The notes beneath the pieces are model-generated. The model saw nothing but the letters and a program-made list of their open reading frames with translations. It was not told the origin of the DNA and made no database searches. A DNA stretch of 47,079 nucleotides from Nevskiaceae bacterium (lineage in GTDB: Bacteria > Pseudomonadota > Gammaproteobacteria > Nevskiales > Nevskiaceae), in the NCBI GenBank assembly GCA_050740195.1, contig JBOICR010000189.1, forward strand, positions 1-47,079, in the 5' to 3' direction. Both the position numbers and the translations under genes were made by a program. Below are positions 31,697-42,900 of the stretch, in pieces (position 1 is the first letter of the stretch; each line of letters begins with the position of its first letter).

Positions 31697-32941
31697 TTAC
31701 ATGCAACCCAGCTCGCGCGCCGCCGCGACGATCATCGCCACGGCCGTGTCAATCTCTTCGTGCGTGTGCGTCGCCATCACCGACAGTCGCAGTCGCGCCA
31801 GTCCCGGCGGCACCATGGGGTACTCCATGATGTTGGCGAACAGCCCGCGCATGTACAGCAGCCGGTTGATCCTGCGCACTATGTCGTCCTCGCGGAAGAA
31901 CACCGGGATGATTCCGGACTCGCCGCGGATGATCTTCAGTCCCGCCGCCTCGCAGCGGTCCTGCATGTAGCGCACGTTGCGGTGCAGCGTCGCGACGCGC
32001 TCGGGTTCGCGGTCCAGGATGTCCAACGCCGCGGAGATGGCCGCGATCGTCGGCTGGGCCAGTCCCGATGTGAACAAGTACGGATAGGAATAATTGCGCA
32101 GCAGGAAGATCATTTCCTTGCTGCCGGAGACGAACGCGCCCTGCGCTCCGATCGCCTTGCTGCACGTGGACATGCGCAGGTCGACCTGGCCGATGAGGTC
32201 GAGATGCTCCAGCGTGCCGCGCCCGGTCCGGCCGACCGTGCCGAGGCCGTGGGCGTCGTCGAGCACGGTGATGACCTCGTGACGCTTGCAGATCTCCACA
32301 TAGCGCCGCAGATCGATGATCGTGCCGTCTATCGAACGCACGCCCTCGACCGTCGAGAAGATCTGCACGTCCTTGCCGGCGCGCCGCTGGATCGTCTCGA
32401 GCAGGTTCTCGAACGCGTCCAGCTTCTCCGGATCGAAGGTGAAGAACTGCACTCCAGTCATCTTGATGGCGTTGACGACGCTGGCGTGGCTGTTCTTGTC
32501 GTAGACGATGATGTCGTTGCGATTCATCAGCCCATTGACCCAGCACAGGTTCGCCATGTAGCCGCCCGGCAGGAGCACCGCGTCGTCGTGGTCGGCCAGC
32601 TTCGCCAGCCGCTGCTCGAGGCGCTTGTGCTGCTGTGTGTAGCCGGAGAAGGCCGGCGAGCCGCCCGAACCGATGCCATAGCGGTTCACGGCCTCGATCA
32701 CCTTCTGCTTCACGTACGGATCGTTCGACATGCCGAGATAGCTGTTCGAACCGAAGACCAGCACGTCGTTGTAGACATCGCTGTATAGGTCCTTGTACTG
32801 CATCCGGCGATCGACGGGGCCGACGCCTTCACGGCCGGCCATGTAACCCTGCTCGAGCTCCTTGAGGTAGACGGAGTACTGGAAGGCCAGCCGCTGCTTG
32901 AACGGCTGCCGCTGAAGTTCGATCAACGCTCTGGAATCCAT
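31697..32941 (-). CDS. alpha-oxoamine synthase family PLP enzyme (AONS / serine palmitoyltransferase / KBL-like)
   Basis: 414 aa. LVFGSNSYLGMSNDP, GIGSGGSPAFSGYTQQHKRLEQRLA, LLPGGYMANL, NSHASV, VLDDAHGLGTVGRTGRG, PLP-Lys context MSTCSKAIGAQGAFVSG. Confidence 0.85.
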   Translation of the reverse strand: MDSRALIELQRQPFKQRLAFQYSVYLKELEQGYMAGREGVGPVDRRMQYKDLYSDVYNDVLVFGSNSYLGMSNDPYVKQKVIEAVNRYGIGSGGSPAFSGYTQQHKRLEQRLAKLADHDDAVLLPGGYMANLCWVNGLMNRNDIIVYDKNSHASVVNAIKMTGVQFFTFDPEKLDAFENLLETIQRRAGKDVQIFSTVEGVRSIDGTIIDLRRYVEICKRHEVITVLDDAHGLGTVGRTGRGTLEHLDLIGQVDLRMSTCSKAIGAQGAFVSGSKEMIFLLRNYSYPYLFTSGLAQPTIAAISAALDILDREPERVATLHRNVRYMQDRCEAAGLKIIRGESGIIPVFFREDDIVRRINRLLYMRGLFANIMEYPMVPPGLARLRLSVMATHTHEEIDTAVAMIVAAARELGCM

Positions 32942-32969
32942 GTTGCCCTTCCTTCTGTTCTGGGGAGAT

Positions 32970-33971
32970 CTAGGTTCGATCCTGCGTGCTGAAGTAGCCG
33001 TTGTGCCGGTACCAGTCCGCGCATTCGTGCAGCATCTGCCTCAGCGGCGGGCATGCGTAGCCGAGCTCGCGCACGGCCTTTGCCGAATCGAAGTGGTAGC
33101 TGCCGCCGAAGACGCGCATCCGGTACGGCTCGACGATCGGTTTTCCCGGCACCAAGGCCGGCAGCTTTTCCTGCAGCAGCGCCTTGACGTACAGCCACGT
33201 GTAGTTCGTGCGCGGCATGCCGCAGGACTTGCCCAGGACCTTCGCGGCTGTCTCGATGAACTCGACGTAGCTCGCGTTCTCGCCGCCGAGGATGTAGCGC
33301 TCGCCGCAGCGGCCGCGCGTCAGCGCGCTCACATGCGCGCGTCCGACCTCGGTCGCGGCGCAGAAGCTGCCGCCTCCCGGCGGCACGAACGGCACCTGGT
33401 CGTGGTACACGGCCAGGACCATGCGGCCCCATTGCAAGGTGTAGTCGTAGGGACCGACGACTTCGGCGGGATTGAGGATGATGCACTCCACGCCGCGCGG
33501 CGGTGCGGACAGGACGATCTCCTCCGCGCGCCGCTTCGTGATCGCGTAGGGGCTGCGCGCGCGGAATCCGCGCAGCGGCGCTGTCTCGTCCGCAGGCTGG
33601 TCGACGCCGGCGGTCGCGCCGATCGTCGACGTCGTGCTGGTGTAGACGATGCGGGAGACACCGTTCGCAATCGCCGCGTCGACGACGTTCTGCGTGCCGT
33701 GCACGTTGGCCGCCATCAGCGCCGGCAGGTCGCGCCGGTTACAGCTCGTGTTGCCGGCGGTGTGGATCACCGCCTGCGCGCCGCGCATGGCGGCAGTCAC
33801 GGCGGCGACGTCGTCCAGCGACCCGCGCACGATGTGGACGCCGAACGGCTCCAGGAACGACGTGTTCGAGCCGGCCCTGATGTAGGCGGTGACACGGTAC
33901 CCCGCCGCAACCAGCGCGGTGACGATGTTGAGGCCGACGAAGCCGTTGGCCCCGGTCATGAAGACGTCCAT
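32970..33971 (-). CDS. NAD(P)-dependent extended SDR (epimerase/dehydratase, 3-beta-HSD/DFR-like reductase)
   Basis: Rossmann motif FMTGANGFVGLNIV, catalytic SPYAITK (YxxxK). ATG 33971 overlaps the PKS stop (TGATG). The track start 33974 is a TTG one codon upstream. Confidence 0.85.
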   Translation of the reverse strand: MDVFMTGANGFVGLNIVTALVAAGYRVTAYIRAGSNTSFLEPFGVHIVRGSLDDVAAVTAAMRGAQAVIHTAGNTSCNRRDLPALMAANVHGTQNVVDAAIANGVSRIVYTSTTSTIGATAGVDQPADETAPLRGFRARSPYAITKRRAEEIVLSAPPRGVECIILNPAEVVGPYDYTLQWGRMVLAVYHDQVPFVPPGGGSFCAATEVGRAHVSALTRGRCGERYILGGENASYVEFIETAAKVLGKSCGMPRTNYTWLYVKALLQEKLPALVPGKPIVEPYRMRVFGGSYHFDSAKAVRELGYACPPLRQMLHECADWYRHNGYFSTQDRT

Positions 33972-36900
33972 CAACGACCCTCCCCAACAGCATCCAGCGT
34001 TTTCCAGAACCGTTCACGGCCTTCGGACTTGGTACGCATGGCGAGCGCGGCAGGATTGCGTTCGGGATTCTTCGCCAGCCCCTCCAGCAGCACCTTGAAA
34101 TGATCGAGCACGGTTTCCATCGTGTCGTTCTCCGCGCACGCGGCCTTGTACAGCAGGTCGAGGGTCACGCGGTCCTGATGGATCGTCACGATGAGTTCCA
34201 TCGCGACCCGCGTCTGCGACGCGTATGTCTCCGAGGCGAGCGACCGCTCGGGCCGCAGCGAATCCGCAGGATCCGCCGCCGGCCGCTCGAACACGATCAC
34301 GCTGTCGAAGAGGTTTTCGACGCCGATCCAGCCCTCGATCCGCTGGATCGGGGTGTGCGCGTAGACCCGTTTGCGATCCAACTTGAGCTGCAGCGCCGGC
34401 AGCCAGCCCGAGATGCGCTCGCGCCCCACCGTACAGATGCGCACCGGTACCAGGTTGCGTATGCGCTTGGCGCCGGATCCCGTCGGTTCGCCCGCAACGC
34501 CCGCCAGCGGCGCGAACGCACGCAGAATGCCGAATTGCGCGCAACGCGCCTTGGTGTAGCGATTGACCAGGATTGCCCAGGCCGCGACGATCAGCGTTTC
34601 CACCTCGATGCGGTGCAACTGCGTGCAGCGCTGCAGCGACTCGGCCAGCTCTGCGTCCAGCGTCGCCGACACGCCATAGAGGTGTTGCTCGGCAAGCTTG
34701 TCGCCGGACCCGGCGTGTCCCAGGAGCAGCGCGGGCGCCAGCAGGAAGGTGGAGTCGGCGATATCGTGCAAGTGGTCGAGCCAGTACTGCCGCGCCGACT
34801 CGTCGCCGTCGGCGGTTGTGTCGCCCGCGCGCTGCAGCTCTGCGTGCAGCGACTGGTCGAGCTCCGCGGGGTCGCCACCCGGCTGGAACCAGGTCGGTGC
34901 AGCCTGTGGCGCGTCGCCGACGGACGACGGGATGCCACTGTCGTCTGTGCTGGCCGGCGTGTCCGCTGCCGCGGATGCCTGCGTCGCGAGCGGCGGCATC
35001 GATCCCCCAACGGACAGCCGGATGTCGCATGTCACGTTCTCGAACGGGGCGGAAGGAAAGGACACACGCCGCCGCCCGGCGCCGGCATGGATCCGCTGCC
35101 AGTCGATCGCGCACCCGCGCACCCAGAGCGAGGCGAGCTTGTCCCAGTGCCGCGCTTGCACGAGCGCATCAACGAAGCGCTCCCCCGCATCCCCTGCCAG
35201 CAGCTCCGACAGCGATTCGTCGGCGCGGCCGTGACCCGCGTAGACGCCACCGGCGTCGCCGCGGCCAAGGTACTTTTCGGCCTTCTCCACGAATTCACCC
35301 GTGTCTGCGGCGACGATCGCCAGGCGGTATTCGAAGGCGATGCGCCCAACCTGGCTCGAGTAGGCCAGGTCGGCGAAGCGCGTCGCCGCGGCGTCGTCGC
35401 GTCCGAGCTGTGCGCACACGGATTTCAGGTACATGTGCAGCGCCTGCGTGCTGCGTGCGGACAGCACGACGATGGCGGGCTCGCCCCGGGCTGGCGGCTG
35501 CGGCCGGCCGGGCGCATGCGACTCGACGACGACGAAGGCATTGGAACCGCCCATGCCGAAGGAATTGATGGCGGCCGCGCGCGTGCCGCGCGCATTAGCG
35601 CTCCAATCCTGCGCTTGGCGCGGGAAATGGAACGGTAAGGACTCGCGGTCGAAGGACGAATTCAACGACTTCAGTCCGGCGCAGGGCGCAAGTTTTCCGT
35701 GCCGCATACCGAGCAGGACCTTGATCAGCGAACACACGCCCGACGCCGCTTCCATGTGCCCCAGGTTTGCCTTGGTCCCGATGGCACAGAACTGCCGCGC
35801 CGTCGTGGACTGCCGCAGCGCATTGGCCAGGGCCTTGAGCTCGATCGGGTCACCCAGCTCGGTGCCGGCGCCATGGCTTTCGATATAAGTCAGATCCTCG
35901 ATGCGCAGGCCAGACTCGCGAATGCCGCGCGCCGCGGTCTCCTCGATGACCCGGAGATTGGGCACGTACGGCCCCGCGCCCGTGCCGGAATGGCTGATGC
36001 AGGAGGCGCGCAGCACGCCATGGATCTGGTCGCCGTCCGCGAGCGCGCGCTGCAGCCGCTTGAGCACGACTACGCCCACGCCTTCGCTGGGCACCAGTCC
36101 GTTCGTCCCCTCATCGAAGGTGCGTTCCCGGCCGTCCGGCGACAGCACCTTCATGTCCTCGAGCAGCAGGTACTTGCTCGGATGCAGGCTGAGATTCACA
36201 CCACCGGCCAGCGCCACGTCGCACTCGCCGCCGAGGATCGCCTTGCGCGCCAGGTGCACGGCCGTGAGCGAAGATGCACAGGCCGTCCCCACCATCAGAC
36301 TGGGCCCGCGGAAGTTCAGCAGGAACGAAATGCGGTTGGCGAATTCGCTGGTTACCGAGCCCGGCCCCAAATACTCGCCCCGGCGCTGGTAGAGCTCGGA
36401 CATGATCCAGGTGTGGTCCTCGTTCATCGCTCCGACGTAGACGCCGACGCGCTGCGCGGCGAGAGCGTCCGGCGTGTACGCCGCGTCCTCAAGCGCGCGC
36501 CACGCGCTGCGCAGCAGCACGCGCAGCTGCGGATCCATGCGCTCGGCGTCGGCCTGCGACATGCGGAACAGCGCCGGATCGAACAGAAGGGCGTCGCGCA
36601 GGAAGCCGCCGCGGTCGCAGCGACCGCGGCGCGCGTCGCGCCGTCCCTGCGCCGAGCGCGCGGCCACGACCGACCAGCGCTCCTCGGGAATGGGGACGAG
36701 GCAGTCGCGCCCCGCGAGCACGTTGTCCCAGAACTCCGCCAGGTCGTCGGCCAGCGGGAACTCGCCGGCCATGCCGACGATCGCGACGGCGTCCGTCTCG
36801 GCGGCGACGTCGGAGCGAGGGCGCGCGGCATCGTGCTTGCGCGAACGGGGCAACTCGGCAACGGGTGCGACGACGCTGCTGATCGCGATTGGTGAGACGC

Positions 36901-39900
36901 GCGCCGCTGCGGCGACCGGCTTGGGCGCCGGACCCAGGCGCGCCTCGAGCGCATCCGTGTGATACCGCACTAGGTACTGCGTCAGCCGCGCCGGACTATC
37001 GTGCTCGAACAACGCGGTCTTGGGCAGGCCAACGAAGTCTTCGGCGAGACTCGCATGCAGTTCCATCAGCATGACGGAATCCATGCCGCACTGCTCGAAG
37101 GTCTGCTGCGCGCGGATGTTCGTCGCCGCGGTCTTCACGACCTTGGCGAGGCGCTCCTTCACGAAGGCTTCGACGCGGCCCGGCAGGCCGGTCTGCACCG
37201 GTTCGGGCGCGGACGGCTGCACGCTCGTCGCGACAGTCGGCTCCGCGATCGGCGCGGCCGTGGCTCGGGTCCGCAGTGCGCGCGCGATCTTGTCGGCATC
37301 GCCCGTCGCCACCAGCACCTGCGCGAGATCCCCGCGCAAGGCCCGTTCGAATGCTGCCAAACCTTGGGTCTGTGTCAACGCCGTCATGCCCGAGTAGCCG
37401 AACACCGACGCGTTCGCGCCCGTGATCTCCATGCCGCCGCTGGCCCACAGCGGCCAGCCAATGGCGAGGCTCTTGCCCGAGCGCCTTCCTTGCAGGCGCA
37501 AGGTCTCGCGCCACAGCGCATGGCTGTCGAGGAAGCGATTGCCCGCCGCGTAGGCGCCCGAGCCCGGATCGCCCAACACGGCCGAGACAGACGAGTAATG
37601 CACGAAGAAATCGAGCGGCTCGTCGCGCGTCGCGTGATCGAGCAGCCGGGCGCCCTCGGCCTTCGTCGCGTACAGTTGCGCGAACTCCGCCGCATCGACC
37701 TCGGTCACCAGCCGATCGCCAGCCACACCGGCGCAATGGATGACGCCGTTGAGCCCGCCGAAGCGCTGGCGCGCCTCGGCGACCAGCGCATCGACGTCGG
37801 CCGCCGCTGCGACGTCCGCGCGGCAGTAGTGCACCTCGGCGCCCGCCGCACACATTGCATCGATGGCTGTGCGCTGCGCCGCATCCGGCTGCACCGAACG
37901 GCCGCTCAGCAGCAGGCGCGCGCGATAGCGCTGCCCGAGATGCGCGGCGAGTGCGAGCCCCAGCTTGCCCGCACCGCCGGTGATCAGGTAGGTGCCGCGC
38001 TCGCGCAGCGGCACAGGGCGCTCGGTCGCATCGGGCGCGACCGCGCACAGGCAGCGCTGGTGACGCACGCCCCCCCACCAGGCGATCTCGTGGCCGCTGG
38101 CGTTGCCCGCGACGGCAAGCTCCGCCGATACGTTCGCCGCGAGCGCCGCCGCGTCCCGCGTGTCGTAACGCAGCGTGAACAGTTCGAAGCGATGATTGAT
38201 CGTGAGAAAGGAGCGCGCCAGCGCGGCGACGGCATCGTGCTGAGGCCGGTGCTCGTCGCGGCCAGCGGCGTATACGTAGGCGCAACGGACCGCCTGCCCG
38301 GGCTGTTGCTGCTCCAACGCCCGGAACAGCGCGCGGATCGACAGCACGCCGGTATCGTTCGGCGCCAGCTCCGACGTCGCGGACGGATCGCCCGCATCGT
38401 CCGCATGGAGCACGATATGGGTCGGGCGCGCGCCTTCGGCGTCGAGACGCGCGAGCAGCAGCCGCCAGCTGGCCTCGTCGTTCGGATCGACACGGTAGCT
38501 GCCGTCGTCGCGCTCGGAGGCGGTTGCGTGGGCGAAAACGACGCGATCGGACACGCCGTCCTCTACCGGCCGGCGCGTCAGTTTCTCGTCGGCGGCGAGG
38601 ACCAGCACCGTCGCGCCGGCGAGCCTGTCCCTGCCCTGCCCCAGCGGCGTTTCCGGCCAGTTGTAACGGTAGTACTGCAGTGCGTCATGCGGCACATCGG
38701 TGGATTTGGTCAGCACCCGCCCGGCGAAGTCCTTCACCTTGAGCAGGACACGGCCGGTGGCGTCGGCGACGGTGATGTTGTACTTGCGCAGGCCGCTCGC
38801 GTCACGCGCCGAGTCGTGGGCTTCCGTGGCATAGGCCCAGCACTCTTGCGGCAGCGGGTGGCGGATCTCCAGTTCGCCGAGCGCGAATGGGACGATGGGG
38901 CCGGCTGCGGCTTGCATCGCGTCGAGGCCTACGGCGAGGCAGCTCCTCAAGATCCCATCGAGCAGCGAAGGATGCAGCCCGTAGCGGCCAGCGTCCGGGC
39001 GCAAAGCCTCGGGCAGCACCAGACGGCTGAGCGCGGCGCCCGGCATGCGGTAGCGCGTCTGCGTCACCAGGAAGCTCGGGCCGTAGTGGAAGCCGAGCTG
39101 GCGGTATCCCGAATAGATCGCGTGGTGGTCTTCCTGGATGCTGCCGGTGCGCACAGCGGTGAGGTCGAGCCATTCATCGGGCACGGCCTCGTCGCGCCGC
39201 ACATACCCCAGCTCGCCCTCGACGCAGACCTCATGGGCGCCGCGGACGATCCCGAACTCGACCTGGTCGCTGGTCTGGCGCAGACTCACTTGGACAGACT
39301 CGGGGCCGTCCTTGATCTCGACGGGCTGGATCCAGAGCAGATTGCGGATGCGGCTTACAGACCAGTCCGGGCCCATGCACAACTCGCCGGCGGCACGCGC
39401 CATCTCGAGATAGGCGGCGCCGGGCAGGATGATGCGCTTCGTGCCGGCCTCGACGACATGGTCACGCAGGTAGAACTCGTCGCCGCGGAGCTCTTTGCTG
39501 TAGGCCTGGTTCGACAAAGTGGAGATGTTCGCATCGAGCAGCGGATGCAGCGCCGCTGCGCCGGTTGCGCCCGTCGCGGATTCGGCCTTCTCCTGCACCC
39601 AGTAGCGCTGGGTCAGGAAGGGCATGGTCGGGAACGACATGCGCAGCGGCCGCCGGTCGCGGTAGAGCTGCACAGCGTGCGCCGCCCAGTCGACGTCCAG
39701 GGACAAGACCCAGGCCTTGGCCAGCTGCTGCAGGCGCCCGCCGCGCAGCAGCGAGCGAACGAGAGCGTCCTGCTCGGATGCGTCCATGATCGCGTCGAGC
39801 TTGTCTCCATGCCTGCGCACGCTGCCGCGTTGCAGGTTGGCGGCGTTCACGCCATGCCGGTACTTCGTCAGCGCATCGACGAGGTCCGCGACACTCGCGG

Positions 39901-42900
39901 CCACCACGGCCAGGCGCTCCTCCATGGCCTCCCGTCCGACCTGCGACGACCAGGCCAGCGAGCGCAGATCTACCGGCCGGCCGGCCGCCGCACGCTCGGC
40001 CAGGAACGCAAGCACGCGGTCGACGTAGAGCATCAGCCGCTCTTCACTGTCGGCCGACAGCACAAAGACGACAGGTCTACCCGCACCGCCGTCGACGGCT
40101 TGCTGCACGTGCTCCTCCACCAGCACGTGCGCGTTCGACCCTCCGGCACCGAACGAGCTGATGCCGGCGCGCCGCGGCAGCGTGCGTCCCGCGCCGTTCC
40201 AGTCCTCCAGTTGCTGCACGACACGGAACGGCGTGTGTGCGAAATCGATGTTCGGATTCAATGTCGCCGAATGCGGCGACGGCACGATGCGCCCGTGCCG
40301 CAGCTGCAGCAGGATCTTGGTCAGGCCGGCCATTCCCGCGGCCGATTCGAGGTGGCCGATGTTGGTCTTCACCGAGCCGATGCGGCAGGACGAAGTCCTT
40401 GTCGCGTCACCGCGCTGCCCGAGTTCGGCCGCTACGGTCGCAAACGCTTTCGACAACCCAGCGATCTCGATCGGGTCGCCGAGCGACGTGCCCGTGCCAT
40501 GCGCCTCGATGTAGTCGATCGACCCGGGATGCCAGCCGGCGCGGCGCAGCGCGGTGCCGATCACGTTGCTCTGCGCAGTCTGGTTAGGCACGGTGTAGCC
40601 GTTGGTCTTGCCGCCGTGGTTGACCGCGGATGGTTTGATCACGCCATGGATCTGATCCCCATCGGCGATCGCCTGCCGGTAGGGCTTCAGCAGTACCGCG
40701 CCGACACCCTCGCCCGGCACGTAGCCGTCGCCGCCAGCGCCAAAGGCGCGGCAGCGCCCATCGCTGGACAGGAACTGCCCCTGCGCCAGAAGCCGGTACT
40801 TGTTCGGATGAACGATCAGGTTCACGCCGCCGGCGATGGCCATCTCGCAGTCGCCGTTGCGTATCGCCTGGCAGGCGAGATGAATGGCGGTCAGCGACGA
40901 CGAGCACATCGTGTCCAGCGCGAGGCTCGGACCGCTCAGGTTCAGGAAATAGGAGACGCGGTTGGCGATTGAAGAGAACGTCGCGTGCGGCCGGCCGTAC
41001 TGCAGCTGCTCGTCGGAGGCTTCGATCAGCTGGTACTGGCCCCACATCACGCCGACGAAAACGCCGACGCTGCGCCCCTTGAGCGCCGGCCGCGGATAAC
41101 AGGCGTCTTCGAGGCACTCCCAGGCCGTCTGCAGGAACAGACGCTCCTGCGGGTCGATCAATTCCGCCTCGCGCGCGGAGATGTTGAAGAAGCCTGCGTC
41201 GAAGCGGTCGACGTCATCGATGAAGCCGCCCCACTTGGCGTACGACTCGCCCTTCACGCTGCGATCTGGGTTGAAATACGGACGCCAGTCCCAGCGCGAG
41301 GTCGGGATCTCCGTGATGCAGTCCTTGCCCGCGCAGAGGTGGGCCCAGAACTGCTCGACATTGTCGGCGCCCGGATAGCGGCCGCTCAGGCCGACGATGG
41401 CGATGTCAGGATCAACCCCCGGCGCGAGCGACCTGCTCGGCGCAAAGCGCATTACGCCCGGCGCGTTGCCCGAGACCATCGTGCGATCGCCAATGGCAGG
41501 CTCCGCGGCACGCGGCGGCGCCGCTGCCTCCGGGCGCGACGCGCGCCACTGCAGTGCGCGCGCCCACTGGGCCGGACTGTCGTGGCGGTACACGGCGTTC
41601 GACGCCACGTCCGCGAATTCCTGCTGCAGGCGCTGTACCAGGCGCGAGTTTGCGATCGGATCGAGCGGCCAGTCCGCCAGTGGCGTCGATGCCGTACAGC
41701 CCGCCGCGGCATCGCCCAGTACCTCGTGCAGACACGCGAGCAGCGTGGCCTGGCGTGCCGCGAAGTCTGCACCATCCGCATCGACGCTCGCCACCGCCTC
41801 GACATGAGCCGCTGCGGGCAGCCCGTGCGCGAGTCCCTGGGCCTGCTCCGGCCAGTTCTCGACGAAATACTCGGCCAGGGTGTGCAGGTCCTGGTGCTCG
41901 TAGAACAGGGTCTTGGGAACGTCGCCGAAGGTCGCCTGCAGGTTTTCGTTGAGCGCCAGGATCATCACCGAATCGATGCCGTAGTTCTCGAGCGGAGCCT
42001 TGGCGTCGATCTGGTCCGGGGGCAGCTTCGTCACGCCCGACAGCAGCTCTGTCAGGTGGCGCGCGACGGCCGCGTGGACGCCGGCCGGCGATGGCGGCGC
42101 CGCGTTGGCAGGCGCCTGCACGGACCGGGGCAGCAGCTGCGTGCCAATACGTTCCGCATGGTTCTCGACCAAGTAGTCGGCGATGCAGTGGAGGTCCTGG
42201 TACTCGAAGAACAAAGTCCTGGGAACCTCTCCATACGTGGCCTGCAGTTGCTCGGTGAGCGTCACGATCATCACCGAGTCGATGCCGTAGTTCTCGAGCG
42301 TGCGCCGCGCGTCGATCTCCACGGCGGGTACCTTCGTCACAGCGGACAGCAGTTCCACCAAATGGGTCAGCGCGGCCGCGTGCAGGCTCTGCGTTGCCGG
42401 GCGCACGCCTGGATCGGCGTGCGCCGTCACCGCAGGCAAGCTGGGTTTCGCGGCCGCCGCCTTGAGCAGCGGCGCACGCATCAGCGCCAATTGCGGTGCC
42501 GCCTGAATCGCGAGACCCTCGATCAGCGCGAGCACGTCGCCGTCCGTGTTGAGCAATGTGACGTCGTAGTGCCAGCGATCAGCGCGCGCGGCAGCGCCGG
42601 CGGATGCCACGGCCCATACGCCGCAGTCGCCCACCACCGGCTGCCGCAACTCCAGGCGCCGCATATGCACGGGCACCCGCAGGCTGGTGTCAAGGTCGAG
42701 TCCACCAACGCCCAGAGCAGTCCGCGCCGCGGCGTCGAGCAGCGGCGGATACAGCAGCCAGGTCCCGGCCACGGCATCGGTCGGCTTCGACGCGACCAGG
42801 CGCGCGTACGCTTCATTCGAATTGTAGTACAGCGCATCGATGACCTGGAAACTGGAACCCAGGTTCAGGCCCATGCGGTCGAACGCCGCCGCGACGTCCA

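Larger units (their letters stand above)
41849..42388 (-). repeat. tandem direct repeat (~305-nt period) encoding the ACP doublet
   Basis: The plus strand has two near-identical stretches: atcatcaccgaatcgatgccgtagttctcgagcg (about 41961-41994) and atcatcaccgagtcgatgccgtagttctcgagcg (about 42265-42298). Confidence 0.8.

Noticed and set aside
41849-42388. Tandem ACPs as a sign of a beta-branching module.
   Set aside because: There is no HMG-CoA-synthase cassette (HMGS, ECH1/ECH2, donor ACP/KS0) in the window. The ACPs also lack the conserved Trp a few residues after the Ser that I associate with beta-branching ACPs. This cannot be excluded, because the cluster continues beyond the window.
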